A stretch of DNA of 64,000 nucleotides. Source: Clostridiales bacterium. Lineage in GTDB: Bacteria; Bacillota; Clostridia; Christensenellales; JAISNN01. The first letter of the stretch is position 1; each line of letters opens with the position of its first letter. The translations under genes were made by a program, and so were the position numbers. The DNA is taken from the NCBI GenBank assembly GCA_031275485.1, contig JAISOS010000004.1:2163-66162 (forward strand). The letters are read 5' to 3'. The notes under the pieces are model-generated. The model saw nothing but the letters and a program-made list of their open reading frames with translations, had not been told where the DNA came from and did not search any database. Positions 56,069-64,000 of the stretch are shown one piece after another.

Positions 56069-57472
56069 TCAGTCGAAACTTCTTGCCGCTTCCGCGACCT
56101 TTGCGGCGGCGGCGGCGACGTCCGCGTCGTTATCCACCGTAACGTCCGCATACCGCTCGTAAAGGTTCTTGCGTTTTTCAAATATTTCCGACGCGGAAAA
56201 CTTCGCGGAAAGCGGTCTGCCCGAAACCGCCAAGTCGCGCAAATCGCGGCGAACGTAAACGATAATTCCGTTTTGTTTCAAAGCGTAATAGTTTTCGCGG
56301 TCCAAAACCGTTCCTCCGCCCGAGGCGATCACCCTGCCCGACAGCTTGCCTGCGGCGGCGGTTACGGTCCGCTCCGTTTCACGGAAACGCGCCTCCCCGT
56401 ATCTCTCGAAAATCGACGGAACGGAAAGCTTTTCCATAATTTCTATTTCCGCGTCCGTGTCTATAAATTCCCGTCCCGTGAGCGTGGCGACGGCTCTGCC
56501 CACGGCAGTTTTTCCCGACCCGGGCATCCCTATCAGCACGATATTTCTTTTTTCGCGTTTCAGAGCGCGGATTACGCTCTCTACGGTCTTATTTATGCCG
56601 TCCGTTGTAAATTCGGCGGTTTTTCCCGCGCTACCTCCGATAGCGTACCGATTGATATCCGCATTACCGATAAGAATCTCCGCGTTTTCCTTATTCGCGG
56701 CATTAACGCCGCCGCTATTACCGCCGTTACCGCAAGAAAGTACGCGTAACCGACGGAGAATATCCGTATCGCCCTTAAAAAGCCCGGCCGCAAACGCCGC
56801 CTGAGCGACGAGCATAGACAATCCTCCGCAAAATTTTACGCCTCTTTCGGCGGCTAAAAAGCCCAGCTTCGTAATCAAAGGGTTATAAATTACGTCCGCA
56901 ACCGCCGTAAGACGCGGAAAGTATTTTAAATCCACGAGGCATTGCCCGTTTTCGGGGCACATACCCACCGGCGAGGCGTTGATAAGTATATCCGCGTCGG
57001 CAAAAAAGTCACGATAATTGCCGTAATTCACCTCCCCTCTCCTTGAAATCACGCCGATTTGCGCCGTGCCGAGCGTTTTCAGAACGGTTTTTATCATAGC
57101 CGCCGTTCCGCCGTCGCCGAGTATGACGGCGTTTCCGCCTCTAACGTCTATCCCGTTCGAGCGCAAAAGATGGGCGAAGCCGAAAAAATCCGTGTTATAT
57201 CCCGTAGTTTTCCCTCCGCGCCTCACGACGGTATTGACCGCGCCGCAAAGCTCCGCGCTCCCGTCCAGAGCGTCGAGGTAGGACATAACGGCTTTTTTGT
57301 ATGGAATCGTAACATTAAAGGCGTCGAACCCGCCGTTCACGACAAACTCCCCAACCTCGTCCTCGCTCAATTCCGCCAAACCGTAGGAATATTCGCCGCG
57401 CGCCAGTAAGGCATGAATTTCGGCGGAATAGCTGTGTTTCAGACTCGCGCCTATAAGCCCGCATTTTAACAT
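56069..57472 (-). CDS. aroE/aroK: bifunctional shikimate dehydrogenase / shikimate kinase fusion
   Basis: The AroE part has SYSAEIHALL, NVTIPYKKAV and GAVNTVV. A ~60-aa G/N/S-rich linker follows. The AroK part (from ~56551) has NIVLIGMPGSGKTAVGRAVA and FIDTDAEIE. Confidence 0.85.
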   Translation of the reverse strand: MLKCGLIGASLKHSYSAEIHALLARGEYSYGLAELSEDEVGEFVVNGGFDAFNVTIPYKKAVMSYLDALDGSAELCGAVNTVVRRGGKTTGYNTDFFGFAHLLRSNGIDVRGGNAVILGDGGTAAMIKTVLKTLGTAQIGVISRRGEVNYGNYRDFFADADILINASPVGMCPENGQCLVDLKYFPRLTAVADVIYNPLITKLGFLAAERGVKFCGGLSMLVAQAAFAAGLFKGDTDILRRLRVLSCGNGGNSGGVNAANKENAEILIGNADINRYAIGGSAGKTAEFTTDGINKTVESVIRALKREKRNIVLIGMPGSGKTAVGRAVATLTGREFIDTDAEIEIMEKLSVPSIFERYGEARFRETERTVTAAAGKLSGRVIASGGGTVLDRENYYALKQNGIIVYVRRDLRDLAVSGRPLSAKFSASEIFEKRKNLYERYADVTVDNDADVAAAAAKVAEAARSFD

Positions 57473-57767
57473 ATTTACATACCGCCCGTCGTCATAATAT
57501 TACGGCGCGTGTCACGCCGTTATCGCGCGCCCCCGTTCCGGTCCCGCTCCGCGCGGCGGAAAATAATAAATTTTCAAGGAAACTTTGTCTTTATTCCGCG
57601 CCGTTTTATAGAGCAAAATATACGTTATATATTGCCGTTTAGACCTCTTTACAACAAAAAATATGCGGAATACGCCGCGCTTTCGCACCGTCTTTCACGA
57701 TAAAAACGCGCGGTACAGATCGGCGTTTTTAACGTTTCCGCGTCGTTTTTATTATAACGCCGTCCGC

Positions 57768-58928
57768 TTAAAACTCGTCGTTTATATAGTTTCCGGGCAG
57801 ATCGGATATTTCGCCGTAATTGCCTATAAAGGTTATGTTGTACGCCTTACCCGAAAGTTCCCTCAATAATTCCAAAAGTCCCGTCTTTTTTAAGTCCGCC
57901 TCGAAGTCGAAATAGAACATAAATTCAAATTCCGTCTCGGGAACGGGGCGGCTCTCCAGTTTCGTCATATTGTACGACGCGAATTTTTTCAAAAAGTTCA
58001 AAAGACTGCCGTTCGTATGCGGAAGCGAAACCATAATGCTGACCTTATTCGCGCCGCCGTAGACCGCAAGCTTCTTCGTCACGCATATAAAGCGCGTATA
58101 ATTGCCGTCGTTATTCTGGATATTCGCCCTGAGTATACCCATATCGTAAATAGACGCGCACGCCTTAGACGCTATCGCCGCTATGTCTCCGCGTCCCGAC
58201 TCCTTGACGTATATCACGGACTGCGCGGTATTTTCGGCGAATACGGCTTTCAGTCCGTTCGCTCTCAAAAAGTTCCCGCATTGGGCAATCGCCTGCTCGT
58301 TGGAATACACTTCTTTTATGTCCTTCAACCTTGCGTTTTTCGCGGCGATAAGGTTATGCTCGACCTTGATTTTCGCGCTTCTGACGATGTACAGCTTGTA
58401 TTTTCGCATAAGGTCGTAAATTTCGTTCACCGAACCCGCCGTGCTGTTCTCTATGGGTAGCACGCCCGCCTCGCATTCGCCGCTCTCGACCGCTTTAAAG
58501 ACCTCCTCGAAAGTGTTGTAAAAACCGATTTCGGGGTCCTTAAAAATTTTATTCGCCGCTATATGCGAAAACGCGCCCCTCGCGCCCTGGCAGGCGGTTT
58601 TCAGCTTTTTCGGGAAAGGCGGCGGCTCCTTTGAGAGCATTTTTTCCAGCTCGTCGTAAATCGTGTAAATTTTGTATTCCGACTGGATCTTTCTGCTACT
58701 CTCGAATATGACGGAATACAACTCCTTTATGTGCGCGGCGGTTTTGGCGTCGCGCCCGTCCGTCAGTCTGGCAAGGATCTTATTTTCCCTGTATACGTCG
58801 AGAACGTCGATACCCTCCGCTCTTTTCAATTCGCCGATCGCGTTGACCAAGCGTATTCTCTCGGCGTAATCCTCCGCGATTTTGTCGTCGACTCCGTCGA
58901 TTTTTTTTCTCAAATCCTCGATGCTCAT
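57768..58928 (-). CDS. pheA: bifunctional chorismate mutase / prephenate dehydratase
   Basis: CM_2 N-terminus LRKKIDGVDDKIAEDYAERIRL, PDT domain CQGARGAFSH, and an ACT region with TKLESRPV. Confidence 0.9.
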   Translation of the reverse strand: MSIEDLRKKIDGVDDKIAEDYAERIRLVNAIGELKRAEGIDVLDVYRENKILARLTDGRDAKTAAHIKELYSVIFESSRKIQSEYKIYTIYDELEKMLSKEPPPFPKKLKTACQGARGAFSHIAANKIFKDPEIGFYNTFEEVFKAVESGECEAGVLPIENSTAGSVNEIYDLMRKYKLYIVRSAKIKVEHNLIAAKNARLKDIKEVYSNEQAIAQCGNFLRANGLKAVFAENTAQSVIYVKESGRGDIAAIASKACASIYDMGILRANIQNNDGNYTRFICVTKKLAVYGGANKVSIMVSLPHTNGSLLNFLKKFASYNMTKLESRPVPETEFEFMFYFDFEADLKKTGLLELLRELSGKAYNITFIGNYGEISDLPGNYINDEF

Positions 58929-59088
58929 AAAATCCTCCTATCCTTTTATATCCGCCGTTTTTATTTTATACTTTTTACGGCGTTTGTAATTTTTCGGTTT
59001 GTCGCGTTATCCCGGTATTTTTATCCGATTTACCGGCGCTTTTCACTGTTAACTTGCGCGGCGTTTTTTTATTCCCGCCGCCGATTAT

Positions 59089-60315
59089 TTATTTTTTCCG
59101 CTTTGTCCGCATATGCGAGAACGCGGCGTCTTTCTCGCCGGTATACAGCAAGTCCAATATCACGCAGGCCGCCGCCGCTTCTATCACGGGCACGGCGCGC
59201 GGAACTATGCAGGAGTCATGTCTTCCGGATATGACGAGCTTGGTGTTTTTTCCGCTCTCTATGTCCACCGTGTCCTGCTCCAAGGCTATCGAAGGCACGG
59301 GCTTCACCGCCGTTCTGAACAGTACGGGCATACCGTTGGAAATTCCGCCCGTGATACCGCCGTTATTGTTAGTGCGCGTCGCGACCGTCTTGCCGGTTCC
59401 GTCTCCGAAACGCGGCGGACTATTCTCCGAATCTCCGCGCGCCGCCGAATCGGAAAATTCCGTCCCGCCGTCCCCGCCGTTAAAATACATAGCGTCGTTC
59501 GCCGCGCTTCCGCGCATTTCCGCGGCGGCGAAGCCCGCGCCGAACTCAACGCCTTTAATCGCGGGGATTGCGAAAATCATCTTTGCGAGCGCGCCCTCCA
59601 TACCGTCGTAAACGGGCTCGCCCACGCCCGCCGGTAAACCGGTAACCGCGCACTCTATTACGCCGCCCACCGAATCTCCCGCCGCCGACGCCGCTCTTAT
59701 CTCCTCTATTATAGCCGTTTCCGGGGATTTGTCAAGCAAAGGATAAGCCGACGACTTTATTTCGCGGATTTTGCCGCCGCAAAGCGTCCTGCCTATATCC
59801 GTTCCCGCGTCGCGGTACGAAGCGGCTTTGACCCCGCCAACAGCCGCGATGTAAGCGGTGATTTCGATTCCGCGCCTTTTAAGAACGCCGAGCGCGATGC
59901 CGCCCGCCGCGCAAAGCGCGGCGGTAAGTCTCCCCGAAAACTGCCCCCCGCCCCGAAAATCGTTATAGCCGCCGTATTTTACGAACGCGGCGTAATCGGA
60001 ATGAGAGGGTCTGAAAACCGTCCGTAATTTCTCGTAATCGGCGGAGCGCGTGTCGGCGTTTTCTATCATCATCGCGATAGGCGCGCCCGTAGCCCTCCCG
60101 TTCAGAACGCCGGAGAGAATAGCCGCCCGATCGGTCTCGCGCCGCGCGGTCGAATAGACGGCGGCGGACGGACGGCGGCGCGCCAAAAAAGCGTTTATTT
60201 CCGCGATATCTACGGGTGTTCCGGGTTTCAAGCCGTTCACGACGGCGCCAATTGCGCGCGAGTGCGATTCGCCGAATATGTCGACCATAAAATTTTTACC
60301 GCTTATAAATGCCAT
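59089..60315 (-). CDS. aroC: chorismate synthase
   Basis: FGESHSRAIGAVVNGLKPG, RPSHSDY and NNNGGITGGISNG. The start is set at the ATG at 60315, with a GGGAGGAG SD upstream. It carries a ~33-aa low-complexity insertion (59383-59481). Confidence 0.9.
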   Translation of the reverse strand: MAFISGKNFMVDIFGESHSRAIGAVVNGLKPGTPVDIAEINAFLARRRPSAAVYSTARRETDRAAILSGVLNGRATGAPIAMMIENADTRSADYEKLRTVFRPSHSDYAAFVKYGGYNDFRGGGQFSGRLTAALCAAGGIALGVLKRRGIEITAYIAAVGGVKAASYRDAGTDIGRTLCGGKIREIKSSAYPLLDKSPETAIIEEIRAASAAGDSVGGVIECAVTGLPAGVGEPVYDGMEGALAKMIFAIPAIKGVEFGAGFAAAEMRGSAANDAMYFNGGDGGTEFSDSAARGDSENSPPRFGDGTGKTVATRTNNNGGITGGISNGMPVLFRTAVKPVPSIALEQDTVDIESGKNTKLVISGRHDSCIVPRAVPVIEAAAACVILDLLYTGEKDAAFSHMRTKRKK

Positions 60316-60628
60316 AGCATAGCTCCTCCCGCGCCGCGCTCTCATACCGCGCGGCTCGCCCTATATTACGCCGTTTTTACGGCGCGTTTTTTTTTACGCG
60401 TATCCGTGCCGCGCATTTTTTGCCGCGCGTCAGTCTCTTTTATTAGACAATCCGCCGCCCGCCGCGGCGCGTCGCACCGTTTTCGCGCGTATTGTCCGCG
60501 TTTACAGCGCGTTTTTTACGCGTATCGCGCCGCGTTTTCATCTCGCGGTTTCGCGTCGCGCGTTAGTCGTTTTTACGCGATAATTCATAGCGTTTTTAAA
60601 GCTCTGCCCGTATTATATCAAAACGTCT

Positions 60629-62383
60629 TTATTTTGTCAATTTCTCCAAATCCTCAAAAAAATCGGGGTAGGATTTACCGACCGCCTCCGCGCCCGTGAT
60701 TTCAATCGGTCCGTCCGAATTGAACGCCGCCGCCGCCGCGCACATAACCATTCTGTGGTCGTTGTGCCCGTCCAAAACCGCGCCCCTAAACCGTCCGCCT
60801 ATGCCGTCTATAACGAGTGTGTCGCCGAGTATTTCGGTTTTCGCGCCGAGCGCGTTCAGCATATCCGCGCTCGCCCGCAAGCGGTCGCATTCCTTTATAC
60901 GCAACCGTCCCGCGTTTACGACGGTAGTGCGCCCTTTCGCGGCGCCCGCCGCGAGGCTCAAAACGGGTATTATGTCCGGTATACCCTGCGCGTCGATTTC
61001 CGTTCCTTCGAGCGCGGATTTTTTGACGACCACGCCTCCGTTTTTCAGAGAAATCTTCCCGCCCATCCGTCTTATAATATTCACGATTTCTCTGTCGGGT
61101 TGCGCGGAATTTAAGTCCAAATTATTTAAAATAATATTGCCGTTAAAAATCGCAGCGACTATAAAGAAAGCCGCGTTCGACCAATCTCCCTCGATTGAAA
61201 TCTCTCCGGGAGAGCGGAACCCGCTTCCGCTCACCGTATAGATCCCGTTCCTTCCGTCCGCTACAACCGAACATTCGGCGTTATTTTTACCTTCGCCCTC
61301 AAAAGCCGGTCCCGCTTCAAAATTCCCGCCGCGCAAATTAAAACCGCCGCCGTTCACGGTATAATCCCCGTTTTTTCCGTCCGCGGCAACCGATTTTCCC
61401 GTATTTTTCCGAGCGCAGTCCGACAAATCCCCGCCGCGAACAATCTTCACCCCGAACTTTTCCATAATGCCGAGCGTAATATCCACATAACCCCTCGATT
61501 CCGCATTTTTACCCGCGTCTATAACGCCGCCGCCGACGCAAGGCAACGCCATAAGCAAGCCCGAGACAAACTGCGAGCTGACGCTCCCGTCTACGGCGAA
61601 TTTTCCGCCGCTCAAAACGCCGCGCAAGCTAACAACTCCGCCGTTTTTAACGATTTTAACGCCGTTTTTTTCCAGCGCGCCGATAAACCCGTATATCGGG
61701 CGTTCGGACAGCCTGCCCTCCGTGCGAAATTCCGCGTCCGCGCCCAAAGCGGCGGCAAACGGCAACAAAAATCTCAGCGTCGAACCGCTCTCGCGGCAAT
61801 TTAAAATCACGGACGCGCCGCACCCGTTTTCGGTATTATTCTCCCGCTCCGAAATTTCCGTTTCCGCGCCGGCGTTTGGCGGCGTTATATTTACAATTCC
61901 CGAGCTTCGTGCGCGCTCTTCCGTTTCCGAATCGGCGTTCGTCCGTCCGTTTTCTTTTATCCTCAAATCCGAAATCGGAAACGACTGCGGAGAATTGATA
62001 AATACCGCTTCGAGAGTTTTAATACCGGCTTGCGCGGACGCAATCGCATTTTCCGCGTTCCGCCCGTTTTCGCCCTTCGATACGGAAGTAATATTCGCCC
62101 GCGAAGACGCGGTTATACTCCGATTGCTAAACCCGCCCGTCGGATTCCCGCCGAAGCGTATAGGCGTAACCGTACAATAGCCGCCGGATTCATCCTTAAA
62201 TTCCGCGCCGAGAGCCGTCAGGCATTGCCTTGTCGCCACGACGTCCGCCGAATTGTTAAGCCCGTAAACGCGCGTTTTTTTATCCGCCGCCGCCGCGCAA
62301 ATCATAACCCTGTGCGCCGCCGACTTAGAGGAAATAACGCTGACCGATCCTCTTAAAAATGTGTTTTTTATTATCCTGTCCAT
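60629..62383 (-). CDS. aroA: 3-phosphoshikimate 1-carboxyvinyltransferase (EPSP synthase) with two large insertions
   Basis: SSKSAAHRVMICAA, CRESGSTLRFLLP, GDWSNAAFF, RIKECDR and DHRMVM. 584 aa, whereas typical EPSP synthases are ~430 aa. Confidence 0.9.
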   Translation of the reverse strand: MDRIIKNTFLRGSVSVISSKSAAHRVMICAAAADKKTRVYGLNNSADVVATRQCLTALGAEFKDESGGYCTVTPIRFGGNPTGGFSNRSITASSRANITSVSKGENGRNAENAIASAQAGIKTLEAVFINSPQSFPISDLRIKENGRTNADSETEERARSSGIVNITPPNAGAETEISERENNTENGCGASVILNCRESGSTLRFLLPFAAALGADAEFRTEGRLSERPIYGFIGALEKNGVKIVKNGGVVSLRGVLSGGKFAVDGSVSSQFVSGLLMALPCVGGGVIDAGKNAESRGYVDITLGIMEKFGVKIVRGGDLSDCARKNTGKSVAADGKNGDYTVNGGGFNLRGGNFEAGPAFEGEGKNNAECSVVADGRNGIYTVSGSGFRSPGEISIEGDWSNAAFFIVAAIFNGNIILNNLDLNSAQPDREIVNIIRRMGGKISLKNGGVVVKKSALEGTEIDAQGIPDIIPVLSLAAGAAKGRTTVVNAGRLRIKECDRLRASADMLNALGAKTEILGDTLVIDGIGGRFRGAVLDGHNDHRMVMCAAAAAFNSDGPIEITGAEAVGKSYPDFFEDLEKLTK

Positions 62384-62502
62384 AGGTTTTTATCCCCGAA
62401 ACGCCCTCTTTCGGCGTTTTTTCATCATTTATATTTAGTCCGTTTTAATCGGATTTTTAAATGCTCTGTTTTTCGATATTTTTTTAACCGCTTTTTGTCC
62501 TC

Positions 62503-63813
62503 TCAACGCCCCGAGAAAAACGCTTCTATCCCGTTTATTCCGACTTCATCTATAAAGCAGTCTCCTATATCGCGTATCATGACCACGCTAAGCGCGCCGC
62601 CGCCCAATTTCTTATCGGAAAGCATAAGGTCAACCATATCGGACGCCTCGTAAGGGCAGTCCGTTTCCAAACGGTATTTTCTCAAAAGCCGCAAAATCCG
62701 TCCGTGCGACGCGGCGTTCAGGCGTCCTCTTTTCCGCGACAAATCCGCGATAAACGCGAGACCTATAGCGACGCATTTTCCGTGATGAATTTTATAATCC
62801 GAAAGTTTTTCGACGGCGTGTCCGACGGTATGCCCGAGATTCAAAAATTTCCTCAAATTTTTTTCCTTTTCGTCCTTTTCCACGATTGCCGCCTTAATTT
62901 TCACGGACAGCGCGATTATTTTTTCGGCGGAATTCAGTACAAACGCGTAAGCGTCCGATCGTCCCGTCCGCGCCGTTTCCCCCGCATAATCTTCACTAAG
63001 ATTTTTATCCGTTTTATCCATATCTTTTTCGTCTGCGGAGACCTCCGTCTTTTCCTCATAGTTCCCGCGTTTGTCCTCGCGGTTTTCATCCGTTTTTTCG
63101 CATATTTCCGCGCCGCCGTTTTCCAATTCCATAAGCAATTCGCCGCCGTCCAAAACCGCGTGCTTCACTATCTCGCCCAGCCCGTCGGCAATCAGGTCGT
63201 CGGAGAGAGTTTTCAAAAATTCCGTATCGCACAGCACCGCCTTAGGCTGATAAAACGCGCCCGCCAAATTTTTTCCCGCGGAAAGATTTATACCGGTCTT
63301 GCCGCCTACGGACGAATCGACGGCGGCAAGTAGCGTAGTCGGCATTTGAAAATAAGAAATCCCTCTCAAATAAGTCGCGGCGGCAAAGCCCGCCATATCT
63401 CCTGTAACTCCGCCGCCGAGCGCCAGCACCGCATCCGAGCGCGCAAGCCTTTCCGCCGCCAAAAATTCGAGTATTTTCAAGTATTGCCCGCCGCTTTTGG
63501 ATGCTTCGCCGCGAGGGAACACATACGCCGCCGCACGGAAACCCGCCCGTTCCAGAGACGCTTTTACCGCCTTTCCGTAAAGCCCGAAAACCGCGTCGTC
63601 TGAAATTATCGCGATTTTTCCCGTTTTGACAAAATTATTTTCATCCTTGAAAAAGTCCGTTTTTTCCGTGTCGTTTCCGCGCGCCGCCGCGCAATTTTCA
63701 CCGCAGTTTTTATCCGTTTTGTCGGTATATTTTTTTATCAAGCCGCCGCAATCTATATTTCTGTCTATCACGACGTCGTAGCCGTCGCCAACACCCACGC
63801 GCACAATAGTCAT
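62503..63813 (-). CDS. aroB: 3-dehydroquinate synthase with two insertions
   Basis: GGGVTGDMAGFAAATYLRGISYFQMPTTLLAAVDSSVGGKTGINL and LNLGHTVGHAVE. The insertions are at about 63622-63729 and 62950-63123. Confidence 0.9.
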   Translation of the reverse strand: MTIVRVGVGDGYDVVIDRNIDCGGLIKKYTDKTDKNCGENCAAARGNDTEKTDFFKDENNFVKTGKIAIISDDAVFGLYGKAVKASLERAGFRAAAYVFPRGEASKSGGQYLKILEFLAAERLARSDAVLALGGGVTGDMAGFAAATYLRGISYFQMPTTLLAAVDSSVGGKTGINLSAGKNLAGAFYQPKAVLCDTEFLKTLSDDLIADGLGEIVKHAVLDGGELLMELENGGAEICEKTDENREDKRGNYEEKTEVSADEKDMDKTDKNLSEDYAGETARTGRSDAYAFVLNSAEKIIALSVKIKAAIVEKDEKEKNLRKFLNLGHTVGHAVEKLSDYKIHHGKCVAIGLAFIADLSRKRGRLNAASHGRILRLLRKYRLETDCPYEASDMVDLMLSDKKLGGGALSVVMIRDIGDCFIDEVGINGIEAFFSGR

Positions 63814-64000
63814 ATCCCGAATTTCCCCGCCTTTTTTATGCGTTTTTTATATTATTTTTTAATTTTACCGCTTATTTTCCGCGCTTTTCCGTTAATTCCG
63901 TCGCTTGTTTTTTGCCGTTTTTTCGATACTCACCGCTTATTTTCCAGCGCTTTTCGTTAACGTTAATTTTGCGGTTTGTTTTTCCGCGTTATTTTCTTAT

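Overview
This is a 64-kb chromosomal window that looks like a Clostridia-type Firmicute. That assignment is inferred from gene content only, because the window holds no rRNA or tRNA gene. It contains about 40 genes, almost all on the minus strand. In coordinate order they are: frr (partial), a 989-aa protein with a sigma-70 region-4 HTH, valS, pgsA, copA, ileS, dapL, pyrG, guaA, an in-frame carB-dapF fusion, carA, purF, purA, pit plus a DUF47 gene (plus strand), maa, a hydrolase, an HD protein, two hypotheticals, hslO, a methyltransferase, membrane proteins, and an aromatic amino-acid cluster (aroB, aroA, aroC, pheA, aroE/aroK fusion). Two visibly AT-richer foreign insertions flank guaA. The first is a ~9.6-kb integrative mobilizable element at the guaA 3' end, bounded by 98-bp imperfect direct repeats. 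It carries a tyrosine integrase, a MobV relaxase, a RepA-like ATPase and a single-chain Type IIB-like R-M-S enzyme. The second is a ~2-kb island directly upstream of guaA with a CcrM/HinfI-family methyltransferase and a small PD-(D/E)XK nuclease. The non-coding DNA is unusually structured. It contains a dispersed GC-rich palindromic element family (11 copies, mostly 21-62 bp after stop codons), arrays of T-tracts phased at ~11 bp, and a duplicated 105-bp consensus-promoter module. Tandem duplications overlap the 3' ends of copA and a hydrolase gene and the interior of aroA. Many housekeeping enzymes carry G/D/N/T/S-rich insertions. I found no CRISPR array, rRNA/tRNA gene, transposase or phage structural gene. 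I cannot point to a clearly novel multi-gene system; the best candidates for something undescribed are ranked in the findings.
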